A DNA stretch of 64,000 nucleotides from a virus: positions 5,320-69,319 of IMG/VR virus record IMGVR_UViG_3300028584_000286. One strand, written 5' to 3'. A program made the translations under genes and the position numbers. The notes beneath the pieces are model-generated. The model saw nothing but the letters and a program-made list of their open reading frames with translations. It was not told where the DNA came from and did no database searches. Shown piece by piece: positions 37,752 to 45,783 of the stretch; within the stretch, counting starts at the first letter, position 1, and each line of letters opens with the position of its first letter.

Positions 37752-38213
37752 ATGCCAGTAAGAGGGGAAGTAAAAAAAGAAGCACCAAAGAAAGTTGAAG
37801 CTACTACGGAAGAGGTAAAAGAGCCAAGACGAGTACCAAGTGCTAAACCAAAAACAGAAGCCGAGCCAAAAAAAGAGGCGGTTGTGAAGAAATCTATATT
37901 AGAGGAAAAGGTTAAGAAATTTATCTCTAACGTTGCCAAAGACCTTTTGGATAATGTTAATGATGTTTTTGAGCGTAGCATTTCAGACCCAGAAACAGGT
38001 GAGAAAGCAAATGTACTATTTTTAGCCTTTTCACCAGGTGGTACAGAGGATGACGTTGTAGATGATGAGTTTAACAAAGAGTGTATTAAGACTTTGTTGT
38101 TCCATTACCATACTGCACCGGACAAAGCGGTTACTGGAAAGATGCTATTTGTTGAGGTTATGCCACCTACGGAGGCAGATGCTCCACACATTTTGTGTTT
38201 TCAAGAAATTTAA
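37752..38213 (+). CDS. hypothetical protein (MPxR start)
   Basis: 153 aa, K/E/P-rich disordered N-terminus. Confidence 0.75.
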   Translation: MPVRGEVKKEAPKKVEATTEEVKEPRRVPSAKPKTEAEPKKEAVVKKSILEEKVKKFISNVAKDLLDNVNDVFERSISDPETGEKANVLFLAFSPGGTEDDVVDDEFNKECIKTLLFHYHTAPDKAVTGKMLFVEVMPPTEADAPHILCFQEI

Positions 38214-38225
38214 ACCCTGATAATT

Positions 38226-38576
38226 ATGCCTGTTCGTAAAAATAAAACGCAACAGCAGGAAGAGAAACACAGATTGTGTTATGAGTATGAAGATTTAGTA
38301 ATTCACTTACGAAAGCATATTGACGAAGAGTTTGGGGGGGTAGCACATTTTTTAGAAACGGAAGCGTTTGATAAGATGAGGTTATTCAATACCTCGAAAG
38401 AGGGGAAAGCAAAGATGTTTACTTACTTGTCCTTACCTGCTGAAGGAGAGAAGTCGAGGGTAAAAAGTTTCCCAGCTATTGCCAAATTGTATAAGGAGTT
38501 ACTGGATATAGAATTAGAGAACTCTATTACGGTTGTTAGAACACAAAAGATTTATTCTAATAAAAAATTGAGGTAG
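38226..38576 (+). CDS. hypothetical protein (MPxR start)
   Basis: 116 aa followed by a terminator. Confidence 0.75.
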   Translation: MPVRKNKTQQQEEKHRLCYEYEDLVIHLRKHIDEEFGGVAHFLETEAFDKMRLFNTSKEGKAKMFTYLSLPAEGEKSRVKSFPAIAKLYKELLDIELENSITVVRTQKIYSNKKLR

Positions 38577-38600
38577 GTTTTGGTTGTTTATTTTGGTTGG

Positions 38601-38631
38601 AAAGCCTTTCATTAATTTGGAGGGCTTTTTT
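38601..38631 (+). terminator. intrinsic terminator
   Basis: AAAGCCTTTCA...TGGAGGGCTTT plus T run. Confidence 0.7.
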
Positions 38632-38714
38632 ACTTTTACAGATTTACATATTTATTATTTTGACTTTTTATAAAACGATTAAATTTGATTAAACTTTAAT
38701 AAACCATATAAAAC

Positions 38715-38830
38715 CATCATAAAACCATAAAACCTCCTTAAAAATGCCTTATTTGATTAAATTTGATTAAAATTTAATCCTTTGAAACCCTTGAAAAATA
38801 AGACTTTTTAAAATTTTATTAAATTTTATT
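38715..38830 (+). repeat. 116-bp perfect direct repeat, copy 1
   Basis: Identical to 40510-40625 (offset 1795); extends 12 bp further with one mismatch. Confidence 0.95.
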
Positions 38831-38840
38831 CAAATTTAAT

Positions 38841-38870
38841 TTTGATATATAAAAAATTAAATTACCTTTA
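38841..38870 (+). promoter_or_regulatory. near-consensus Bacteroidota promoter
   Basis: TTTG-N18-TACCTTTA directly after repeat copy 1. Confidence 0.55.
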
Positions 38871-39129
38871 CAAAAGATTTGATGACGGAATGACCACCAT
38901 AAGGCGAAAATTCCTACAAATTACGCACATTGAAATTATAGGGCAAAGGGCAATGGAAGGCAAAAAACGACCAATGCGAACCAATGAAGAAGGAAGGGCA
39001 AAACCGCCACAAATGAAGAAGGAACGCAAATAAAACGAAATGCCTCCGATTATTCAACAAAATGCACATTTTTGAGAGCGAACCATCACAAAGGAACGCC
39101 ACGACCAAAAAAGCAATGGAAACCCGAAC

Positions 39130-39145
39130 GGTCTTTGACATACTG
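39130..39145 (+). promoter_or_regulatory. boxA-like antitermination element
   Basis: GGTCTTTGACATACTG; second copy GTTATTTGACATATTG at 40713-40728; resembles Bacteroidota rrn boxA as recalled. Confidence 0.45.
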
Positions 39146-39263
39146 GAATATAGGAAACTAAAATCAACGACAATATTAATTTATTGTAGATTTGATGTTG
39201 CTTATTCTGACTATTGTTTGTGAAAACTAAAAAATTTATTTAAAATCTTTAAAATTTACAAAA

Positions 39264-40460
39264 ATGAAATCAGCAATTAAAAAATTCGTTACAAGTTTAG
39301 GTTTATCTACTGAAATGACAGCATTCTTATTAACTAACAAGTTATCTTTTACAGTTTGCAATGTTATAATTGAAAAAAATGGAACAGTATCATTTGATGC
39401 AGTTACAGACTTTTACAAAGTTGAAAAAACTACTTTAACGAAGGATGAGCAACCTGTTTGGGATTTGTACCACGATTTTAATAATACAAAAAACGGAGCA
39501 AATGTTCTAATGAGTGCTATTGAAACTGGCAATCCAATAACAGATGATAGTTACGATAACCAAGCGAAATTAACACCTTCAGCAGGAGCGTTGAAAACTA
39601 TGACTTTTGTACAATTTTGGGCTACTTTAGCCCAAGAGCAAAAAACAAAAGCGGTTGAAATTGGTAAAAATTGGTTACAAGCAAACCATATATTTAAAAC
39701 TTCTTTTGAGTTCTTTGCTATCAATGGCAAAGATGTAAATTTCAATGAAGGAGAATATTTATTAGGGTATGATGAAACTTATGGTACAAGATTAGCCACA
39801 AGAGTTTTACAATCAAGTCCAGGCGGTTTTGTTACTTGTGTTGATGGAGAAGGTTTATTCACTTTAGGGCATTCGTTTAGACCAGAATTGGTTGCAAAAG
39901 AAGCCGTAAATGCAAAAGCAATAGCAATTATTGACCCAATGTTTGAGGGGTTGAACGAAGAGAGTGCTTCAATGAAAGAAGCAAGTATCGAGAAAGCTAT
40001 GGACATTGCAGAACGAAGAGCAAAAGCATCAGCGAAAGCGTTTGATAGCATTAACGATGCCAAAATCACAACGAAAGGTTTATTGGAGCGTTACCAAGCA
40101 TTATTTGACAAAAACACTTTCACAAAAGAAGAAAGTGAGATTTTGACAGAAAAACTTGCAACCGCAAAGAAAAACATCGAAGATGGTGTGGAGGCAGTAG
40201 TGAAAGCAAACGCAGAAAAACAAAAAGAGTTTGACCGTTTGATGGGCTTGAAACTAACTTCAAAAGATGCTATTGCAAAAGCGGTTGGAGATGTGAATAA
40301 AGCCAAATTAGGCAAGGACTTAACCGAGCAGGTGAAAGCTAAAATCAAGGAAGCTACTGCAAATTTGACCCCTGCAAAGGAGGAGGCACAAGCCACCAAA
40401 AGCAAAGGAACCCGCAAAGATGCACATTCCACACCTGCACCAACAGAAGGACAACTTTAA
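39264..40460 (+). CDS. hypothetical protein, Ala/Lys-rich coiled-coil C-terminus
   Basis: 398 aa, alone in a unit bounded by the direct repeats. Confidence 0.85.
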   Translation: MKSAIKKFVTSLGLSTEMTAFLLTNKLSFTVCNVIIEKNGTVSFDAVTDFYKVEKTTLTKDEQPVWDLYHDFNNTKNGANVLMSAIETGNPITDDSYDNQAKLTPSAGALKTMTFVQFWATLAQEQKTKAVEIGKNWLQANHIFKTSFEFFAINGKDVNFNEGEYLLGYDETYGTRLATRVLQSSPGGFVTCVDGEGLFTLGHSFRPELVAKEAVNAKAIAIIDPMFEGLNEESASMKEASIEKAMDIAERRAKASAKAFDSINDAKITTKGLLERYQALFDKNTFTKEESEILTEKLATAKKNIEDGVEAVVKANAEKQKEFDRLMGLKLTSKDAIAKAVGDVNKAKLGKDLTEQVKAKIKEATANLTPAKEEAQATKSKGTRKDAHSTPAPTEGQL

Positions 40461-40469
40461 AACCAAAAT

Positions 40470-40494
40470 AAGCCTCTTAATCGAGGCTTTTTTT
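40470..40494 (+). terminator. intrinsic terminator
   Basis: AAGCCTC-ttaatc-GAGGCTT-TTTTT. Confidence 0.85.
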
Positions 40495-40509
40495 ATGCAA
40501 TGCTGCGAA

Positions 40510-40625
40510 CATCATAAAACCATAAAACCTCCTTAAAAATGCCTTATTTGATTAAATTTGATTAAAATTTAATCCTTTGAAACCCTTGAAAAATAAGACT
40601 TTTTAAAATTTTATTAAATTTTATT
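40510..40625 (+). repeat. 116-bp perfect direct repeat, copy 2
   Basis: Identical to 38715-38830. Confidence 0.95.
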
Positions 40626-40634
40626 GAAATTTAA

Positions 40635-40665
40635 TTTGCATTTTAAATATTTATTATTACATTTG
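40635..40665 (+). promoter_or_regulatory. consensus Bacteroidota primary-sigma promoter
   Basis: TTTG(40635-38)-N19-TACATTTG(40658-65). Confidence 0.8.
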
Positions 40666-40764
40666 AATATTGAAAGGAATGGAGGCAAAAAACCACCAAC
40701 GCACGATAGGATGTTATTTGACATATTGAAGGACTTAAAAATGTAACCAATAAAATTTTTTAAT

Positions 40765-41325
40765 ATGGAGGCGAACACAGCAACCAATAGACAACGTTAT
40801 GCTTTATTTTGCATAACAAAGAAAGATTACAGAACTGTTGTTATATCAAAGGAGGAGGCATCAAAGCTAATTTCGGAGGCACAACAACAAAGTGGGTATC
40901 AGAGGAAACCAAAAAATGACTTATTACACTTCTTAGAGAGCAAGGTTGATGTTCTGGTGCAAAGCATCACAAAAGAATTTCAGATTAGTTCTACTATATC
41001 GGATGACCCAATGACAACTAAAAAACCAAAAAGCTACTTATTTTTAGGTGGTGGGTGTGGATTTAGTTTTATTGAGTTTGATAAGAGAAGCAAAAAAGCC
41101 AAAAGCATTGTGGAAGAAGCTGGTAAGTTAAGGGATAAAATAAACCAAATGGTTGTTTCTTGTATTGATAAAAACTACTTGAAAAAACTTGAAGCGAGTG
41201 GAAACCCTATACAAGCCCATTTAGCACAAAATCTTTACTACAAATCTTCGTATGATAGCCTGGTTGTTCAGTATATGGATGAGCAAGGCATCAAAGGGGC
41301 TTGGGTGAGAACAATGTATGATTAA
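40765..41325 (+). CDS. hypothetical protein
   Basis: 186 aa; GGGCGF motif seen in phage early proteins. Confidence 0.8.
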   Translation: MEANTATNRQRYALFCITKKDYRTVVISKEEASKLISEAQQQSGYQRKPKNDLLHFLESKVDVLVQSITKEFQISSTISDDPMTTKKPKSYLFLGGGCGFSFIEFDKRSKKAKSIVEEAGKLRDKINQMVVSCIDKNYLKKLEASGNPIQAHLAQNLYYKSSYDSLVVQYMDEQGIKGAWVRTMYD

Positions 41326-41379
41326 TTATTAACAGGGGGAAGGTGAATATCACGATTTCCCCCAAAATTTTTATTAAAG

Positions 41380-41766
41380 ATGAAGTATTTATCGGATTAC
41401 TCCCAACAGGGAATTACAAACCTACTAAATGAACTTGGTGGGTTTTATGCTTTTTCGGATGACCAATTAAAGGAGCAACTGAAAGAGGGTGTGGAATATG
41501 TTAGTTTGGGAATGGGTTTAATTTGCCCAAAGGAGAACGCAAAAGCACTAAAAGAGGGATTGGTTGAAAACTTTAAAAAAGCAATGCAACAAGACCTAAA
41601 AGAAAACGGAAAGGTGGGAATTATCAAAAGAGAATTGTCCAACCATGAAGCGTATTATACTGGAGATATAAGCGACACTCACGGAGCGTTGATGGCTTAT
41701 GGAATTACAGAGGAGGAAATAATGGAGGTGTATGTTGAGGAAAGAAAAAACATAGAGATATGGTAG
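41380..41766 (+). CDS. hypothetical protein
   Basis: FYAFSDDQL, ELSNHEAYYTG motifs. Confidence 0.8.
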   Translation: MKYLSDYSQQGITNLLNELGGFYAFSDDQLKEQLKEGVEYVSLGMGLICPKENAKALKEGLVENFKKAMQQDLKENGKVGIIKRELSNHEAYYTGDISDTHGALMAYGITEEEIMEVYVEERKNIEIW

Positions 41767-41978
41767 CAACTATTGATTACTCTATGTACCTATATAGCAA
41801 TTTATTAAAGCTATATGATGAGGACTTTAAAGAGTTGGAATATGATACTCAATTTAAAGTATTGCCCGACCTATACAATGAATTTAAAAGAAGTGATTTT
41901 AATCATCCTGATGGAGGGAGTGAATATGAGTGTATTATTAACTGGCTTGAAAACCAATATAACAAAGACAATGAGTAG
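41760..41978 (+). CDS. hypothetical protein
   Basis: 72 aa. Confidence 0.65.
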   Translation: MVATIDYSMYLYSNLLKLYDEDFKELEYDTQFKVLPDLYNEFKRSDFNHPDGGSEYECIINWLENQYNKDNE

Positions 41979-42099
41979 ATATAGAAAAGAAAAAACGCAA
42001 TATGAGAAAAGGTTTGATGCTTTCTGTTATGGACTTATTATACTTGCACTACTATACTTTGTTGGTAGGGGTGTTGCAGGTTTCTATTTCGGAATTTAA
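41971..42099 (+). CDS. small membrane protein
   Basis: 42 aa from ATG 41971, single TM. Confidence 0.55.
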   Translation: MSRYRKEKTQYEKRFDAFCYGLIILALLYFVGRGVAGFYFGI

Positions 42100-42117
42100 T
42101 CAGATTGGGTGGGATGG

Positions 42118-42175
42118 ATTTAGGTTTATTGGAGGGAAGAGGTTAGAAAATGACCCCCCACCTTTAAACCTAAAT
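42118..42175. other. long hairpin
   Basis: ATTTAGGTTTA (42118-28) and TAAACCTAAAT (42165-75) are perfect inverted arms with GC-rich inner pairing. Confidence 0.65.
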
Positions 42176-42204
42176 TTTTGAAATGAAACCCTCCCCTACT
42201 TACA

Positions 42205-42325
42205 TATTTATTTTCAAAATTCTAAAAATCATAGTTAAGCTACACACACATATTTATTTCCAAATTTTTTAAAATCACAGTTAAGTAAATTTTGTATTTA
42301 TTTTCAAAATTCTAAAAATCATAGT
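42205..42325 (+). repeat. three 31-bp direct repeats
   Basis: TATTTATTTTCAAAATTCTAAAAATCATAGT at 42205 and 42295 (identical), variant at 42251. Confidence 0.9.
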
Positions 42326-42461
42326 GCTATAAATTCAGAATAAATTCAAAAATTTGCTGAAATTTTGGCAGGAGCAGGATAAATCGCAGTGCAGTTGAGT
42401 GGTTACTAAATTTCAATGAAATTAAATAAAAACGCAGTACATCGACATAAAATATAATTAC

Positions 42462-42480
42462 TAAATTTGATTAAAATTAA
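42462..42480 (+). promoter_or_regulatory. TAAATTTGATTAAAATTAA motif copy
   Basis: Upstream of ATG 42502. Confidence 0.7.
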
Positions 42481-42501
42481 ATAATATAAATAACTATAAT
42501 A

Positions 42502-42789
42502 ATGGCAACAGTTGAGAACCTACAAAAGTTTAATCTTATAGAAGTACTAGAACGCAGTTTGGACAAAGAACGCATTTTGGCTGGAATAGAGAGAATGGAG
42601 TTTATAACAGAACATCCTAAATTCAAGGTAGGCGAAATTATAGAATTTACTGGTGGTTTTAGAAATGACATTCGGTTCACAAGTAAGATAACTGGGTTTG
42701 ACAAAGATGGTGGAATATATGTGGTATGGGATTGCTACTGGTATCCAATAAAAGATGATGAAATTAGACAAATTCATAAGGTGATCTAA
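42502..42789 (+). CDS. hypothetical protein, SH3/KOW-like
   Basis: FKVGEIIEF...KITG..DG.IYV.WD. Confidence 0.7.
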   Translation: MATVENLQKFNLIEVLERSLDKERILAGIERMEFITEHPKFKVGEIIEFTGGFRNDIRFTSKITGFDKDGGIYVVWDCYWYPIKDDEIRQIHKVI

Positions 42790-42790
42790 A

Positions 42791-43171
42791 ATGGTTGATA
42801 AAATAGAGTATGGGTATGGGCAGTATGTTTTTGCTGATTGTAAAGTACTAGACATTGAATATATTGAAAGTGCTGGAATGCCGTTTGCTGAATACCATTG
42901 TAAAACTATGGATGGTAAAAATATTCCTTTGAAGTTTTACCCAGAGAATATTAAACCGTTTTGGGTACAGAAAGGCGACATTTTTGGTATTGATGCTGAT
43001 AATGTTTATCTTGTTTTGGGTCTTGAATTTAAAAGGGCTACTGGTTTGGTGGTTCGGTGTGTTTTATCAAAAAAGGGAGATATGAAGCAGTTTTTAAAAG
43101 ATGCAAATAAACCTAGAAAACACAGTATATTTAGTTTAGATAAATTGGCTAATTTTGATATGATTGACTGA
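42791..43171 (+). CDS. PxWxQxGD family paralog 1
   Basis: KPFWVQKGDIF. Confidence 0.75.
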   Translation: MVDKIEYGYGQYVFADCKVLDIEYIESAGMPFAEYHCKTMDGKNIPLKFYPENIKPFWVQKGDIFGIDADNVYLVLGLEFKRATGLVVRCVLSKKGDMKQFLKDANKPRKHSIFSLDKLANFDMID

Positions 43172-43410
43172 TGAAAGATATTAAAGATTTAGAGATTGGT
43201 ACTTTTATTTGGTTATGCTTTGCGGACAGCTCTATTGGTTCTTATTGTGAGATTTTAAATAATGGTTTGTCTATAAGTGTAGTGGACTTGGCTGACGGAA
43301 AGTCTTTCCCAATATTCGGGTCTGATAAATATACTTTCAATATTCTATGGGTTCAGAGGTATGATAAAATTACTTTTGAAAATTCCAAAGAAAGCAAAAG
43401 AGTTTTTTAA
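43171..43410 (+). CDS. PxWxQxGD family paralog 2 (short, possibly truncated)
   Basis: NILWVQRYDKI. Confidence 0.6.
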   Translation: MKDIKDLEIGTFIWLCFADSSIGSYCEILNNGLSISVVDLADGKSFPIFGSDKYTFNILWVQRYDKITFENSKESKRVF

Positions 43411-43528
43411 GTAAGAGATGTTAAGGTTTGTGGTGATGATTTGGTTTTAACCTTATTCGATAATATGTTTAATAGTAAATTTGATAGGATAGTTAGTAAG
43501 AGCGTTATAGAACAAATACATTTTTTAG

Positions 43529-43921
43529 ATGAAAGCATTAGTGGTAGGAACATATTTTTCCCTCCAACTTGGTAAAACAGATGAGTGGATACTTTGTGAA
43601 GCTATTTCGGAGGATACGGTTTTAGACTTGGCAGATAGATTAGAATTTCCGATAACATCCAGAGATAGTAAACTACTTAAACCTTTATGGGTTCAAGCAG
43701 GAGATATTGTTATAGAGAAGCATTTTAAAGACCTCTCTACTGGTTATCATACTTGTATAGCTTTTAAAATTCTTGACTTGAAGTATAGCATTAAAAATAA
43801 TTTATTTCTTGTAAACCTTCAGAAAATAGATATTTTTACTGGTACACTTACTTATACCAAAAAACTATATTTGAATGAAATTGAACACTGGGAAATTTAT
43901 GAACGGAACATATTTAGATAA
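43529..43921 (+). CDS. PxWxQxGD family paralog 3
   Basis: KPLWVQAGDIV. Confidence 0.75.
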   Translation: MKALVVGTYFSLQLGKTDEWILCEAISEDTVLDLADRLEFPITSRDSKLLKPLWVQAGDIVIEKHFKDLSTGYHTCIAFKILDLKYSIKNNLFLVNLQKIDIFTGTLTYTKKLYLNEIEHWEIYERNIFR

Positions 43922-44291
43922 GATTAGGTACAACGTATCAGACTATGTTTGCCATAAATACAGCATAGTTAATAATTCAAAATTAATAGAGTGCGTTGAG
44001 GTTTATAAAATTACATCTATTAGATACAATAATCTTGGGTCAAATCCGCATAAAATTGTTGGTATATCTTTAGATACTTTTAAAGCGATAGAACTAGATG
44101 AAAATACTATAATACCTTTATGGATACAGGCTGGTGATGAGTTTTATTTTGATGGTGGGAAGTATATTGTTGATGAGGTATTTTGTAATAGCCACAAGGC
44201 ATTTAGTGTTAGGACAACTATGGGTATTACCTTTGGGCTAAACCTAAATATAGATTATGGGTATATAGATAATTTTGAACTTTTATGGTAA
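43875..44291 (+). CDS. PxWxQxGD family paralog 4
   Basis: IPLWIQAGDEF; start may be ATG 43899. Confidence 0.75.
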   Translation: MKLNTGKFMNGTYLDKIRYNVSDYVCHKYSIVNNSKLIECVEVYKITSIRYNNLGSNPHKIVGISLDTFKAIELDENTIIPLWIQAGDEFYFDGGKYIVDEVFCNSHKAFSVRTTMGITFGLNLNIDYGYIDNFELLW

Positions 44292-44674
44292 AAAGTATAG
44301 GGTTTCAGAAAGGAATGTATGTGATAACAAAAGAACACTTAACTGGTGTTCCCTCTCTTGGTGTCATTACTAATATAGATTTTGAGGGAACTATTAGTGT
44401 TATGGATTTTGAAACTAATGCTATTATATATTTTTTGGCAGAAAGAAGCAATAAATTAAAGCCTTACTGGTTGCAAATTTCAGATATGTTTATTGTTACA
44501 AATCTTCACGGTGATTATACCTATACTTTAAAATCTATTGAATATAAAAAAGGTGTATTTGGCGGTTACTTTATTAATCTTTTATTTTTGAGCAAGTATG
44601 GTAACAGAAAAAAAGAAGTAAAAACAGCACACTATAAATTAGCTGATATAGTGAAGTGGATTAAATTTTTATAA
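44285..44674 (+). CDS. PxWxQxGD family paralog 5
   Basis: KPYWLQISDMF. Confidence 0.75.
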   Translation: MVKSIGFQKGMYVITKEHLTGVPSLGVITNIDFEGTISVMDFETNAIIYFLAERSNKLKPYWLQISDMFIVTNLHGDYTYTLKSIEYKKGVFGGYFINLLFLSKYGNRKKEVKTAHYKLADIVKWIKFL

Positions 44675-44677
44675 ATT

Positions 44678-45043
44678 ATGGCATACAAAATACTTGGTAA
44701 AGACTTAAAAGAGGGATACTACTATACAATGATTGGAAGTAAAGATATTTTTGTCTTTATAGGTTCTGGTTTTAAGAATTTAGCCGATGGCAACCTAACT
44801 ATTTCAAAACACAAGTACCATAAATTTAGACCCTATTTTTTACAAACTGGTGATAAAATAAACATTGATTTTGGTGGTTCTTTAGAGGGCGATGAAACTT
44901 TTCTGGAGGTGGAGCATATAGAATTTAATTTAATGTTAGAAAAGTACAAAGTTGTATATTGTTTTCTTGATAATACATTAAAATTGGTTAGAGGTTCTTG
45001 GACTTTAAGTCGTTTTGGCATAAATAAAATAAAAATTTTATAG
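44678..45043 (+). CDS. PxWxQxGD family paralog 6
   Basis: RPYFLQTGDKI. Confidence 0.75.
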   Translation: MAYKILGKDLKEGYYYTMIGSKDIFVFIGSGFKNLADGNLTISKHKYHKFRPYFLQTGDKINIDFGGSLEGDETFLEVEHIEFNLMLEKYKVVYCFLDNTLKLVRGSWTLSRFGINKIKIL

Positions 45044-45125
45044 TGCTATTGACATAATATACTTACCTATATTTGATTATTAATATATATATATATAATA
45101 TACTACTAATTAACCACGAATAGTA

Positions 45126-45632
45126 ATGAAATTAATATCAGAGCCTAAATATACTGCCAGGGTTAAAGAAAACTTATGTGTCGTATCTCAATGCAAAAAT
45201 TCTACTGGTGTAGGTAACAGGTTTTGTTTTAAGCATAAAAGAGAATATCAAAAAATTAATAATCCATTACGTTATTGGTTTGATGTACTTCGGCAGAATG
45301 CAAGAAGAAGGAAAAAAGAATTTACTTTGACCATTGAGGAGTTTAAAGATTTTTGCGAAAAGGAAAACTATCTCGAATTTAAGGGTAGGAGTAATGCAGG
45401 TAACTATACCATTGATAGAAGAAATGATAAACTTGGCTACACCTTTAGTAATATTTTCGTACTTACATTGAGCCAAAATTCTAGGAAGCGGTGGATTGAT
45501 TTAAAATTGCAATTTGGTCGTTACCCAACGGATGCAGAACTTGAAGAATTTTACGGAGGTGAGCAGTATTTTAATGAACACATAAAACCACACTATGAAG
45601 AAACAGAGCAAGATGAAGAAGTTCCTTTTTGA
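45126..45632 (+). CDS. His-Me finger (HNH-like) endonuclease with N-terminal Cys motif
   Basis: C...C......FC..H; TIDR.ND.LGY..SNI.VLT..QN. Confidence 0.7.
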   Translation: MKLISEPKYTARVKENLCVVSQCKNSTGVGNRFCFKHKREYQKINNPLRYWFDVLRQNARRRKKEFTLTIEEFKDFCEKENYLEFKGRSNAGNYTIDRRNDKLGYTFSNIFVLTLSQNSRKRWIDLKLQFGRYPTDAELEEFYGGEQYFNEHIKPHYEETEQDEEVPF

Positions 45633-45780
45633 GTTTTCTAAACAACTTCGTGAATTTTTTTCGAATGAAATTCCATACAGTTGGGAGGAAGCAAAATACC
45701 AAATGCAGATTGAGAATATAATTTGCAGTAAAGACCTCTATTTAGAGGCATTAATTGAGCAACAAGACGATAATAAATAG
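45613..45780 (+). CDS. small hypothetical protein
   Basis: Operonic ~55 aa. Confidence 0.5.
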   Translation: MKKFLFEFSKQLREFFSNEIPYSWEEAKYQMQIENIICSKDLYLEALIEQQDDNK

Positions 45781-45783
45781 GTT

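Noticed and set aside
42205-42325. Mini-CRISPR array
   Set aside because: Spacers are only 13-15 nt, repeats are non-palindromic, and no cas operon is present.
35606-42500. tRNA/tmRNA genes in the intergenic blocks
   Set aside because: No T-loop GTTCRA with cloverleaf arms found by eye; tRNAscan-SE/Aragorn would be decisive.
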